Shown: in pieces, positions 16,365 to 25,500 of the stretch
Position numbering within the stretch: position 1 is the stretch's first letter
Layout: every line of letters begins with the position of its first letter
NCBI GenBank assembly: GCA_964435025.1
Contig: CAYSXL010000002.1
Location: forward strand, 1-34,237
Origin: an uncultured Candidatus Saccharibacteria bacterium
GTDB taxonomy: Bacteria > Patescibacteriota > Minisyncoccia > Minisyncoccales > PWPS01
Direction: 5' to 3'
DNA length: 34,237 nt
Program-made: the position numbers and the translations under genes
The notes under the pieces: generated by a model
Databases searched by the model: none
What the model was told of the DNA's origin: nothing
The model's input: the letters and a program-made list of their open reading frames with translations, nothing else

Positions 16365-16977
16365 AAATCTTTATTGTTTCCGATTTTAGTCCGGATGTGA
16401 TTTTCTCTTTCAGTATTTTTGCCGCTTGCTTTTCTACGTCCTCGGTTCTCTCGGGAAGATTTTTTAAGACGGTGCTTAGCGCTTTTCCTTCTTTTGTTCG
16501 TACACCGACACGCAGCCGAACAAACTTCTTTGTTTTTATATGGTTTAATATCGACAGGACGCCTTTGTGCCCGGCGCTTCCTCTCTTATAAGAAAACTTT
16601 AGAGTTCCGAGAGGAAGATCCGTATCGTCATGTACGACAATCAAGGTTTCCGGATTATCTAAAAATCTTTCCGTAGCTTTTCTTACCGCTTCCCCGGAGC
16701 GGTTCATAAAAGTTAAAGGAAAAAGTAACACTACATTTTTTTCATCCACTTTTCCTTTTGCAATAAGAGAGTTCAAGGGATTGTCTTTCTCAAAAGAGGG
16801 GAACTCCTCTTCTTCCTTTAAGTGAGAAATGACGCGAAATCCTATGTTGTGCGCCGTCTTTTTATATTTTTCTCCCGGATTACCAAGACCGACGATGAGG
16901 TAATCAACATCGCTCGCTTTTTCCTCTTCTTTAAACAATCTCTTTTTTATCTTTGTCCACATATGAATATGACTCAC
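16363..16977 (-). CDS. pth: Peptidyl-tRNA hydrolase
   Basis: YLIVGLGNPGEKYKKTAHNIGF, the FMNRSGEAV motif, and VVHDDTDLPLGTLKF. It has an N-terminal extension of about 24 aa relative to typical Pth, so the start is uncertain. Confidence 0.9.
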   Translation of the reverse strand: MSHIHMWTKIKKRLFKEEEKASDVDYLIVGLGNPGEKYKKTAHNIGFRVISHLKEEEEFPSFEKDNPLNSLIAKGKVDEKNVVLLFPLTFMNRSGEAVRKATERFLDNPETLIVVHDDTDLPLGTLKFSYKRGSAGHKGVLSILNHIKTKKFVRLRVGVRTKEGKALSTVLKNLPERTEDVEKQAAKILKEKITSGLKSETIKI

Positions 16978-17046
16978 GATTTATAACCTATGATTTCTTT
17001 GTTATCGGTTATTTGTCATTGGTTATTTATCCTATTATATCCTTTC

Positions 17047-17075
17047 TTGATAATTTTGGAAAATTCTGGTAGTAT
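17047..17075 (+). promoter_or_regulatory. Sigma-70 promoter with an extended -10, placing the TSS at or just before the lepB ATG
   Basis: TTGATA (17047-17052), a 17-nt spacer, then TGgTAGTAT (-10 at 17070-17075). The ATG is at 17084. Confidence 0.55.
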
Positions 17076-17083
17076 TGCGACGT

Positions 17084-17638
17084 ATGAGAGAGGCAACGAA
17101 ATTTGTTCTGGAAACGCTAAAGATAGTTTTTTTTGCGCTTCTTATAGTAATTCCTATAAGGTACTTTTTATTTGAACCTTTCATTGTCAGGGGTGCTTCC
17201 ATGGAGCCGAGTTTTAGTGAGGCGGATTATTTAATCGTGGATCGTATTTCTTACCGTCTTCGTGATCCCCGTAGAGGAGAAGTGATAGTTTTCAGGTATC
17301 CGAGAAACCCGCAAAAAAGACACATCAAACGTATCGTGGGTCTTCCCGAAGAAAGAATAACCATTGAAGGAAAGAGCGTCTATATAGGTCCGGGAGAAGA
17401 GAGGATGCTTCTTGAGGAGAAATACCTTCCCTCGAATCGTGATTTTGGGGAGGAAGAAATAATACTCGGAGAAGAAGAATATTTCGTAATGGGAGATAAC
17501 CGTAACTCTTCTGTTGATTCACGCAATTGGGGAGCGCTTTCAAGGGATGACATTATAGGGAGAGCAGTAATTCAAGTTTCACCCTTTGATTATTTCAGGT
17601 GGGTGGATAGGCCGGAGTATCAACAAATAGCGGAATAA
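17084..17638 (+). CDS. lepB: Signal peptidase I
   Basis: GASMEPSF (catalytic Ser box), KRIVGLPEE (Lys box) and GDNRNSSVDSR. The track start at 17075 (TTG) overlaps the predicted -10, so I prefer the ATG at 17084. Confidence 0.85.
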   Translation: MREATKFVLETLKIVFFALLIVIPIRYFLFEPFIVRGASMEPSFSEADYLIVDRISYRLRDPRRGEVIVFRYPRNPQKRHIKRIVGLPEERITIEGKSVYIGPGEERMLLEEKYLPSNRDFGEEEIILGEEEYFVMGDNRNSSVDSRNWGALSRDDIIGRAVIQVSPFDYFRWVDRPEYQQIAE

Positions 17639-17669
17639 TAGAGCATAAGAGTCGTGATTTTTCAACGCT

Positions 17670-18938
17670 ATGCCTAAAAAATTCAAAACCCCAAGCGGAA
17701 TGCACGATATTTTCGGTAATTATTATAATTATCTGGAAAAAGTCAGGAATATTGCTTGTAAAACCGCCAAAGACTACGGTTTTGGGGGCATCGAAACACC
17801 GATAATAGAAGATACGGAAGTTTTCACCCGCGGGGTCGGAGAGGAAACCGATATTGTGGAAAAGGAGATGTACACTTTTAAAACAAAGGGAAATGATAAG
17901 GTTTCTTTGAGGCCCGAGGGCACCGCTCCGGTGATGCGTGCTTACATACAGCACAATCTTTATACCAGTCCCCAGCCGGTCAAGTTTTTTTACTTTGCTC
18001 CTTTTTTTAGGTATGAAAGACCGCAGGCGGGAAGATACAGGCAGTTTTGGCAGTTTGGATTGGAGTCTATCGGAAAGGGAGGGCCTATCGTTGACGCGCA
18101 AATAATCAAGGCTGTACACAGCATCTTTAAGGAGATGGGTATCGAAACGGTGGTCTCGATAAATAACATGGGAGACGCGAAGTGCCGTGAAGACTTTAAA
18201 AAGAGCCTTAAAAAGTACTTAAAGAAAGAAGCATCCTCGCTTTGTAGTGATTGCAAGAGGAGAATGAAGAAAAATCCTTTGCGTGTACTTGATTGTAAGA
18301 AATGTGTCAAGATAAAGGAAAATGCGCCTCAAATAGTAGATTATATATGCAAGAAGTGTTGCGAAGACTTTAAAAGTGTTTTAGAATTCCTGGAGGAAGT
18401 AGGGGTTCCTTATGATCTTGATCCTTTTTTAGTGCGCGGTTTTGATTATTATACGGGGACTGTTTATGAATTTTTTACAAAGGCAAAGGAAAATGAAGAA
18501 CCACTTGCACTCGGAGGAGGTGGAAGATATGACGGGCTCAGTACTATGCTTGGAGACGAAGAAAGACCTGCTACCGGCGTAGCAATAGGTATAGAAAGAC
18601 TTATTCTCGCTATGAAAGAAAACGGGGTTAGCGCCAAAGAGGAAAATCCGCAGGTTTTTATTGCTCAACTCGGTGACTTGGCGAAGAAGAAGTCCCTTAG
18701 AATATTTGAAGAACTTAAAGGTGCTAAGGTTTCTGTTGCCGAATCTTTCGGTCAGGATTCTTTAAAGAGTCAAATGAATCGGGCGGACAGGATGGGGGCG
18801 CAAATTACCCTTATTATAGGAAAGGAAGAGGCCGCGGAGGACAGAATGATATTGCGTGATATGGACTCCGGAGAACAAGAAAAAATAAAAACGGAGGATG
18901 CGGTAAAAGAGGTAAAAAAGAGACTTAATAAAAAATAG
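17670..18938 (+). CDS. hisS: Histidyl-tRNA synthetase
   Basis: Class II motifs (GMHDIF, LRPEGTAPVMR, FRYERPQAGRYRQFWQFG, GGGRYDGL) and a C-terminal anticodon-binding domain. Confidence 0.9.
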   Translation: MPKKFKTPSGMHDIFGNYYNYLEKVRNIACKTAKDYGFGGIETPIIEDTEVFTRGVGEETDIVEKEMYTFKTKGNDKVSLRPEGTAPVMRAYIQHNLYTSPQPVKFFYFAPFFRYERPQAGRYRQFWQFGLESIGKGGPIVDAQIIKAVHSIFKEMGIETVVSINNMGDAKCREDFKKSLKKYLKKEASSLCSDCKRRMKKNPLRVLDCKKCVKIKENAPQIVDYICKKCCEDFKSVLEFLEEVGVPYDLDPFLVRGFDYYTGTVYEFFTKAKENEEPLALGGGGRYDGLSTMLGDEERPATGVAIGIERLILAMKENGVSAKEENPQVFIAQLGDLAKKKSLRIFEELKGAKVSVAESFGQDSLKSQMNRADRMGAQITLIIGKEEAAEDRMILRDMDSGEQEKIKTEDAVKEVKKRLNKK

Positions 18939-18966
18939 AATTGCCCTTAAGGTAAGCAAATTTATT

Positions 18967-19302
18967 ATGAAAGATTGTATCTTTTGCAAAATTGTAAGAA
19001 AAGAGATTCCCGCGGATGTGGTTTTAGAAGAAGAGGATATTTTGGTTTTCAGGGACATAAAACCAAAAGCTCCCGTTCATCTTCTTATTATTCCCAAAAA
19101 ACACATCCCTTCCGTGAACGAGGTAAGTGAGGAAGATGAAAGCCTTCTCGGAAGAATGTTTCTTACTGCAAAGAAAGTCGCCAAGAAGGAGGGAGTGGCG
19201 GATTCCGGGTACAAGCTTTCCGTGCATGTGGGAGAAAACGCGGGACAAGAGGTGTTTCATTTACACATTCATTTGATGGGATGGAAACACGTTAACGAAT
19301 GA
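18967..19302 (+). CDS. HIT-family (histidine triad) nucleotide hydrolase
   Basis: CIFCKI near the N-terminus and the histidine triad HLHIHLMG near the C-terminus. Confidence 0.9.
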   Translation: MKDCIFCKIVRKEIPADVVLEEEDILVFRDIKPKAPVHLLIIPKKHIPSVNEVSEEDESLLGRMFLTAKKVAKKEGVADSGYKLSVHVGENAGQEVFHLHIHLMGWKHVNE

Positions 19303-19335
19303 CAGTTGATAATGATAATCAATACCGGGAAAATA

Positions 19336-19470
19336 CGAAATCCGAAATTAGAAATCCGAAACAAGCACGAAATTAGAAGTTCGAATTTTCCAAACACAAG
19401 GTTTGGGATATTGGGACATTCGATATTCGAATTTGTTTAGAATTTCGATATTATAAATTTCTAATTTAAG
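19336..19470. repeat. Degenerate heptamer (CGAAATY / ATTCGAW) repeat blocks in imperfect inverted arrangement around a small hairpin
   Basis: About 7 tandem CGAAATY-like heptads (19336-19389). Hairpin CCAAAC-ACAAG-GTTTGG (19390-19406). Then ATTCGAW-like heptads run to 19470. AAATTAGAAAT (19345-19355) is complementary to ATTTCTAATTT (19457-19467). Confidence 0.6.
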
Positions 19471-19476
19471 CAAATT

Positions 19477-19692
19477 ATGGCTTTAGAAGTAAAAAGAAAA
19501 GAAAAAGAAAATAATAGTAGCCTAGTACACAGGTTTACTCGTTCTGTTATTCAGAGTGGAATTATCAGAGAGGCGCGTTCAAGACGTTTTCGTGAACGTC
19601 CGCTTAGCGACACTGCAAAGAAGAACAAGGCTTTGAGAAAAATGCGTGCCAAAGCGGAATACGAAAGAAAATGGAAGATGGGAGAGATTTAA
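19477..19692 (+). CDS. rpsU: 30S ribosomal protein S21
   Basis: 71-aa basic protein. VKRKEKE..LVHRFTRSV..GIIREARSRRF.ERP fits the S21 pattern. It is adjacent to ybeY, as in many bacteria. Confidence 0.8.
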   Translation: MALEVKRKEKENNSSLVHRFTRSVIQSGIIREARSRRFRERPLSDTAKKNKALRKMRAKAEYERKWKMGEI

Positions 19693-19731
19693 AAACTTAC
19701 AAATACTCTCCTTTAGAAGTTTTATGGCACA

Positions 19732-20172
19732 ATGTGTTCCGGTAAAAATTGTTGTCAAAAATTAGGTGGTGAAGATTTCGGTGGAGTAAACAATCTTACC
19801 TCTTTTGAAATTGACAGGGAGAAATTGCTGGAAACGGCAAAGAATGTGCTAAAAAACGAAGGCGCAAAAGGAAGGATTGATTTCGCGCTCGTGGGGAAAA
19901 AAGAAATAAAAGAGCTTAACAGAACTTACAGGGGTAAAGACCACGCAACGGACGTTCTTTCTTTTTTTTATAATGAAAAAGATTTTTTAGGAGAGGTTGT
20001 GCTTTGCCCTCAAAAAATAGAAGAAAATGCGGGAGAGAGTGGATTTAAAAAGGAGCTCTTTCGTGTTGCCGTGCACGGAATACTTCATATTTTAGGGTAT
20101 GACCACACGAAAAGCGAAAAAGAGGAAAAAGCGATGAAAAAGAGAACGGAAAGCTATATCGAAGAAATTTGA
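19732..20172 (+). CDS. ybeY: rRNA maturation endoribonuclease YbeY
   Basis: LNRTYRGKDHATDVLSF and the metal-binding HGILHILGYDH motif. Confidence 0.85.
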   Translation: MCSGKNCCQKLGGEDFGGVNNLTSFEIDREKLLETAKNVLKNEGAKGRIDFALVGKKEIKELNRTYRGKDHATDVLSFFYNEKDFLGEVVLCPQKIEENAGESGFKKELFRVAVHGILHILGYDHTKSEKEEKAMKKRTESYIEEI

Positions 20173-20274
20173 AAATAATTTTTAAAAAGGTAGAATGGTA
20201 TTAGTATAAAAAATAACCGAATTTTGATAACCGTTTGATAAAAGATCAAACAGGTAATCGGATTTCTTAGAAAG

Positions 20275-21486
20275 TTGAGTAAGACTCCCACAATTGCCGC
20301 TGTAGATGTAGGGACTGGGAATATAAAAGCAATAATTGTCCAGAAACAGCCCGAGGAAGCGGGTTATAAGGTTTTAGGGAAGGCCGAAAATATTGCTTCG
20401 GGAGTTCGCAAAGGAGTTGTTAGTAATCCGGATAGAGTGGGGAAAATAATCCAAGAAACGGTAGCCGAAGCAAAGAGAGAGGCCGGACACGAAATAGATG
20501 ATGTATACGCGAACTTAAATGGAGCGCATATATTTTCTCTCTCCTCCAAGGGGCTTATTTCCGTTTCACGGGCCGACCAAGAGATAGCCCAAGAAGATGT
20601 CGACAGAGTGATAGACGCCGCGAAAACGTTCTCACTTCCCGCAAACAAAGAGATTTTGGAGATTATTCCACGGGAATTTATTATTGACAAAGAGAGGGGA
20701 ATCAAGAGCCCCGTGGGTCTTCACGGTGTAAGGTTGGAAACGGAAATTCTTGCTATTGGAGGATTTGTTTCTTATTCGAGAAACTTAAGCCAGGCGATAC
20801 TAAACGGTAACTTGCAAGTAGACGATCTTATTATAAGTCCTATTGCCACCGCAAGGGCGATACTCACCGTAGAAGAAAAAGAGCTTGGTGTTTTGGTTGT
20901 CGATATTGGTGCCGGGACTACGGAAATATCCGTTTTTGAAGAGGGTGATCTCTTGCATATTGCGGTGCTTCCCGTGGGAACCAATAATGTTCGTAATGAT
21001 ATTGCTATCGGTCTCAGGGTGGATATAGAAACGGCGGAATTTATCAAAAACAAATACGGGGAATCCATTTTGGGAGAAAAGAGCACTAAGAAAGAGAAAC
21101 TAAAATCTCCTGCAGGAGAGGATGTCGTTTTCAAAAGAGGAGATTTAAAAAAAATAGCCGAACCGAGAATGGCGGAAATATTCGAAGAGATAGAGAAAGA
21201 ACTCAAGAGAATATCCAGAAACAAACTTCTTCCCGCGGGGATTGTGGTTACGGGAGGAGGGGCAAAAATCCCGGGTATAGTGGATTTTGGTAGAAAAAAA
21301 CTTGGTCTTCCTTGTCGTGTGGGAACGCCCAGAAGATTTTTCCCACCTGTAGAAGATCCGTCTTTCTCCACGCTTTGCGGTCTTGTTCTCTGCGGTATGG
21401 ATTTGGAGGAAGAAGAGGAGGAGAAATTTAATATTAAAGGAATTTGGGGAAAGATTAAAAAAATATTTAGAATTTTTATACCATGA
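20275..21486 (+). CDS. ftsA: Cell division protein FtsA (TTG start)
   Basis: Actin-fold motifs (AAVDVGTGNIKAIIV, VVDIGAGTTEISVF, VVTGGGAKIPG). C-terminal amphipathic helix GIWGKIKKIFRIF. Confidence 0.9.
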   Translation: MSKTPTIAAVDVGTGNIKAIIVQKQPEEAGYKVLGKAENIASGVRKGVVSNPDRVGKIIQETVAEAKREAGHEIDDVYANLNGAHIFSLSSKGLISVSRADQEIAQEDVDRVIDAAKTFSLPANKEILEIIPREFIIDKERGIKSPVGLHGVRLETEILAIGGFVSYSRNLSQAILNGNLQVDDLIISPIATARAILTVEEKELGVLVVDIGAGTTEISVFEEGDLLHIAVLPVGTNNVRNDIAIGLRVDIETAEFIKNKYGESILGEKSTKKEKLKSPAGEDVVFKRGDLKKIAEPRMAEIFEEIEKELKRISRNKLLPAGIVVTGGGAKIPGIVDFGRKKLGLPCRVGTPRRFFPPVEDPSFSTLCGLVLCGMDLEEEEEEKFNIKGIWGKIKKIFRIFIP

Positions 21487-22415
21487 CAAAAGGATTGCCA
21501 AAGATAAAGGTGGTCGGTATAGGTGGTTCAGGAGGTAATGCCATCTCCAGGATGGCAGGGTGTGGCATACGCGGGGTGGAACTTATAACTATCAATACGG
21601 ACTTTCAGGACTTAAAGGACTCCAAAGGAGATGTCAAGATTCGCGTAGGAAAGAAACTTACCGAAGGTTTGGGTACGGGAATGAACCCGGAAATGGGCAA
21701 GAAGGCCGCGGAGGAAAACAGGGAAGAAATTGCAAAAGCGCTCAAGGATTCCGATATGGTTTTTTTAACTTGCGGTCTCGGAGGGGGAACGGGGACGGGA
21801 GCACTTCCCGTAATAGCCGAGATTGCCAAAGAAACAGGCGCGCTTACCATTGCCGTGGTTACGACACCTTTTTCTTTCGAAGGGAAAGAAAGGAGTAAAG
21901 TGGCGCGTAAAGGGTTAAAAGAAGTACAGGATAAAGTCGATACGCTTATCCCTATTTCCAACGACAAGCTTCTCTCTACACTCGACCCCAATGTCTCTTT
22001 ACTGCAGGCTTTCTGGGAGTGTGACGAAATATTAAGGCAAGCCGTCCAGGGGATATCCGATCTTATAACTCTTCCGGGAATTATCAACATAGATTTTGCG
22101 GACGTAAAATCCATCATGAAGAATTCGGGCTCGGCTCTTTTCGGAAAAGGAAAAGCAAAAGGTAAAAAACGGGCGGAAGAGGCTGCGCTTCGCGCGCTCA
22201 ATCTTCCTTTGGTGGACCTCTCTTGCGAAAATGCGAAGGGCGTGTTATTTAATGTCAATGGAGGTAATGACCTTAGCCTATCGGAAGTCGATGAGATAGC
22301 CCAAGTAATTAAAAAGAGAGTTTCCCCGAATGCAAGCATTATTTTCGGAGCGGTAGAAGATGATGACTTAGAAGAAGGGGAGATTAAAGTTACCGTAATC
22401 GCTACCGGGTTTTAG
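21483..22415 (+). CDS. ftsZ: Cell division GTPase FtsZ, globular domain only
   Basis: GIGGSGGNA and the tubulin signature GGGTGTGA. It ends at ..KVTVIATGF with a TAG stop. Its ATG overlaps the ftsA stop (ATGA). Confidence 0.9.
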   Translation: MTKGLPKIKVVGIGGSGGNAISRMAGCGIRGVELITINTDFQDLKDSKGDVKIRVGKKLTEGLGTGMNPEMGKKAAEENREEIAKALKDSDMVFLTCGLGGGTGTGALPVIAEIAKETGALTIAVVTTPFSFEGKERSKVARKGLKEVQDKVDTLIPISNDKLLSTLDPNVSLLQAFWECDEILRQAVQGISDLITLPGIINIDFADVKSIMKNSGSALFGKGKAKGKKRAEEAALRALNLPLVDLSCENAKGVLFNVNGGNDLSLSEVDEIAQVIKKRVSPNASIIFGAVEDDDLEEGEIKVTVIATGF

Positions 22416-22446
22416 AGCACTTTTTTGACGAAAGAGAACTTCTAAG

Positions 22447-22469
22447 ATATGTTCATTTAATGAACATAT
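22447..22469. promoter_or_regulatory. 10-3-10 perfect palindrome between ftsZ and nrdD (weak terminator or operator)
   Basis: ATATGTTCAT-TTA-ATGAACATAT followed by TATTTTTG. The stem is AT-rich, with only 2 G-C pairs. Confidence 0.4.
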
Positions 22470-22502
22470 TATTTTTGCTAATTCATCTAAAGAAAATAGA
22501 AA

Positions 22503-25500
22503 ATGATATCCAAGGTTGAAAAAAGAAACGGAGAAATCGTACCTTTTAACAAAGAGAAAATAGAAAAAGCTATTTATAAGGCCGTAACCTTTACCAAAGA
22601 GGAAGACGGTGAAAAGGCGGCGGATGTTTCCGACAAAGTATTTGATCTTCTCCTGAGGAGGTTTAGCAGCGAAGAAACCCCGCACGTTGAAGAAATACAG
22701 GATATCGTAGAAGAGGTTCTTATCATGGAAGGACTTGTAGAGACCGCTCGCAGCTATATCCTCTACAGAGAAAAAAGAAGGGAAATAAGAGAAACGGTAT
22801 CGGAATTTGATGAATCTACGGAACTTATTGAAAAGTATATTGGCGAGATCGATTGGCAAATAAAGGAAAATGCCAATATGACCTACTCCCTACAAGGACT
22901 GAACCAGTATACGACATCTCATATATCCAAAAAGTACTGGCTTAATAAAATTTATCCCGAAAGAGTAAGAGAAGCGGCAAAAAACCAAGACTTTCATATT
23001 CACGACTTAAATTTACTGGCTACCTATACTTTTTTCGGAAGAGAAGTGCTTCCCGTGAAGCTCTCCGGAGAAATCAAGCTTGTTTCTTTCCAGGATCTTT
23101 ATGAGTTTGTTGATGCAAGGGAAGTTTTGTTAAACGAGAAGGATCAGGCCTTTGCCAAATATCCCGAAGATCTCCGTGTGCTTGACAGAGGGGGATGGAC
23201 CGAAGTGAAAAGGTTAGTGAAAAAGAAAAAGGAGAGGAAAATGAGATTCCTCAAGTCGGAACAAGGACGAAGTGTGATAGTTACCGATAACCACCCTTTT
23301 ATTATAAAGGAAGATGAAAAGGGGGAGGAAAAGGAAATAAGAAGCCAAGATGTGAAGAAGGGAGAACACTTGATGGAGAGTGTAAATATTCCAAATCTTG
23401 TGGAAAAGGAAGGAATTTTTCAAAAGGATTTCGTATATGTAGCAGAGGAGCTTTTAAGGAGCGGCGTTAATGAATTCTTCTTGGAAGGACTCGACAGAAG
23501 GGAATTTATGGAAAAATGGAATGGCAGGACAGATGTGGAAGGGACCGTCAGTGTTTCCAATTCGGCAAACGGAATGGATAACAAGTTGGAGCTTACGGAG
23601 AACTTTGGGTATCTTGTGGGAATGTTCATTGCTGAGGGTAGTTATGATCATGAGAGAGTGGTCATTACCACGGGAGAAGCAAAAATCATAGAAAGAATAA
23701 GACGAACTTGTCATGAATTTGGTTTGAGATGTTATGAAGGGGACAAGAAAGAAGGAAGTGCGAAGAATATTTCCATCAATTCTGCCACTTTTAAACTTCT
23801 ATTTGAAAAAGTTTTTTGCATAAAAGGAAAAAGCAAGAACAAAAATATTCCCCCGAATATTCTCAGTTATAATATTGACTTTGCCAAAGGATTAGTAGCG
23901 GGGGTCATAGACGGAGACGGCACCGTATCTCCCTTTGATGATTCGCACAAGAATAGCCAGATTCTCATAAGAGTTTCTTCGAGGACTATGCTGGAGCAAT
24001 TGGCCGTTCTTCTGCAAATCTTTGGCATAGTACCGCGGGACAGAACAGAGGGCCTGGGAAGCAAAAGAGAGTTTAACGGAAGAGGGATAGAACAAAATTA
24101 CCCTTTGTACGGCTTAAGTTTCTCAAAAAGAGAGAATGTTGATATTCCTTCCTTTAAGTACAGAGGGGGAAGCGTGGCTCGGAAGTCGTGGGGAGCGGAT
24201 GGTTACGGGTGGAACAAAGTATTAAGCAACGAAGAGACGGAGATATACGAGGAATGGATATACGATATTACTACGGAGTCCGGAACTTTGGTGTGTAATG
24301 GTGTTCTGGTTCATAACTGCTGTGGATGGGATCTACAAGACCTTTTGTTGCGCGGTTTTGGCGGGGTATCCTCCAAAGTGGAATCCAAGCCTCCCAAACA
24401 CCTAAGACCCGCTCTCGGGCAGATAGTAAATTTCTTCTTCACACTCCAGGGAGAATGCTATTCGGAGGATACACAAGTCTTAACAAAAGATGGATGGAAA
24501 TATTTTTATGAGGTCTCTAAAAAAGACAAGGTTTTTACGCTTAAAAATGAAACGGGAGAAGTGGAGTTGCAAAAACCTGTTAAATTTTACGAGTTTGACC
24601 ATGAAGGAGAACTTTATAACTTTAAATCCAAAAAACTCGATTTACTGGTTACGCCGAACCATAATATGATTGTGGACCAATACAATCCCGAGCTCTTGAG
24701 TGAAAACTATAAGCGCAAGTTTGTAAAAGCGAAGGATTTTAATCCGAGCACACATTTTATTCCCAAGCAAGCTATTTGGAAAGGAAAGAAAGAAGAGTAC
24801 TTTACTCTTCCCGCTGTGCAAATAATAAAGTACAGCGGATATACCGGAAGGTATAGAAAGGAAAAACTAAAAGAAAAGGAAATACCGATGAGCAAATGGA
24901 TTCCTTTCTTTGGATTTTGGTTGGCTGAGGGTTGTACGTCTTTGCAAAAAAGAAAAAGGAAGGATAGAAACAAGCCGTACTACGAGTATCAAATAAGAAT
25001 TACTCAAAATGAAGGAAAAAACGCCGAGGAATTTAAGAGAGTACTTGAAAGATTACCCTTTCCCTATCTAACAAAGAAAGCAGGAAAGAAGCTGGAGTTT
25101 TGCATTTGGAGCAAGCAGCTTTTCTCTTATTTACGGAGATTTGGTGCATCGGGAGAAAAATTTGTCCCTGAGGAAATAAAGGGGCTGGAGAAGAATCATC
25201 TTTCCTCTCTTTTAGGCTGGATGATGAAAGGGGATGGTTATGAGGGGAATGGAAACATTGAATACTATACGAAAAGCGAGAAGTTAGCAAATGATGTGCA
25301 AGAAGTTATTTTGAAAATAGGCCTCACCGCTAATATTTACAGGAAAAACAAGGGAAAATTTTCTTGGTATAAGGTTTGTAATTCCCGAAGCAAGCACTTC
25401 AGATTATCAAAGGAAAGTGTAAAAAAGGTGGACTACAAGGGAAAGGTTTATTGTTTAGAGGTACCTAATCATACTCTCTATGTCAGAAGAAACGGACGAG

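Noticed and set aside
19336-19470. The repeat region as a CRISPR array.
   Set aside because: The units are about 7 nt, degenerate and contiguous, with no spacers. There are no cas genes in the window.
21605-22339. Long antisense or alternative-frame ORFs inside confident genes. Examples are 21605..22339 and 20772..21371 (-), 28002..28610 (-), 15169..15672 (+), 17595..18119 (-), 9794..10312 (-) and 21560..21898 (+).
   Set aside because: They fully overlap genes that have clear family motifs. Their S/F/L/K-rich low-complexity compositions are typical of the antisense of AAG/GAA-rich coding DNA.
22447-22469. The palindrome as an NrdR box.
   Set aside because: It does not match the NrdR box consensus as I recall it. 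NrdR boxes usually occur as a phased pair, and only one palindrome is present. It is kept as a generic operator or terminator candidate.
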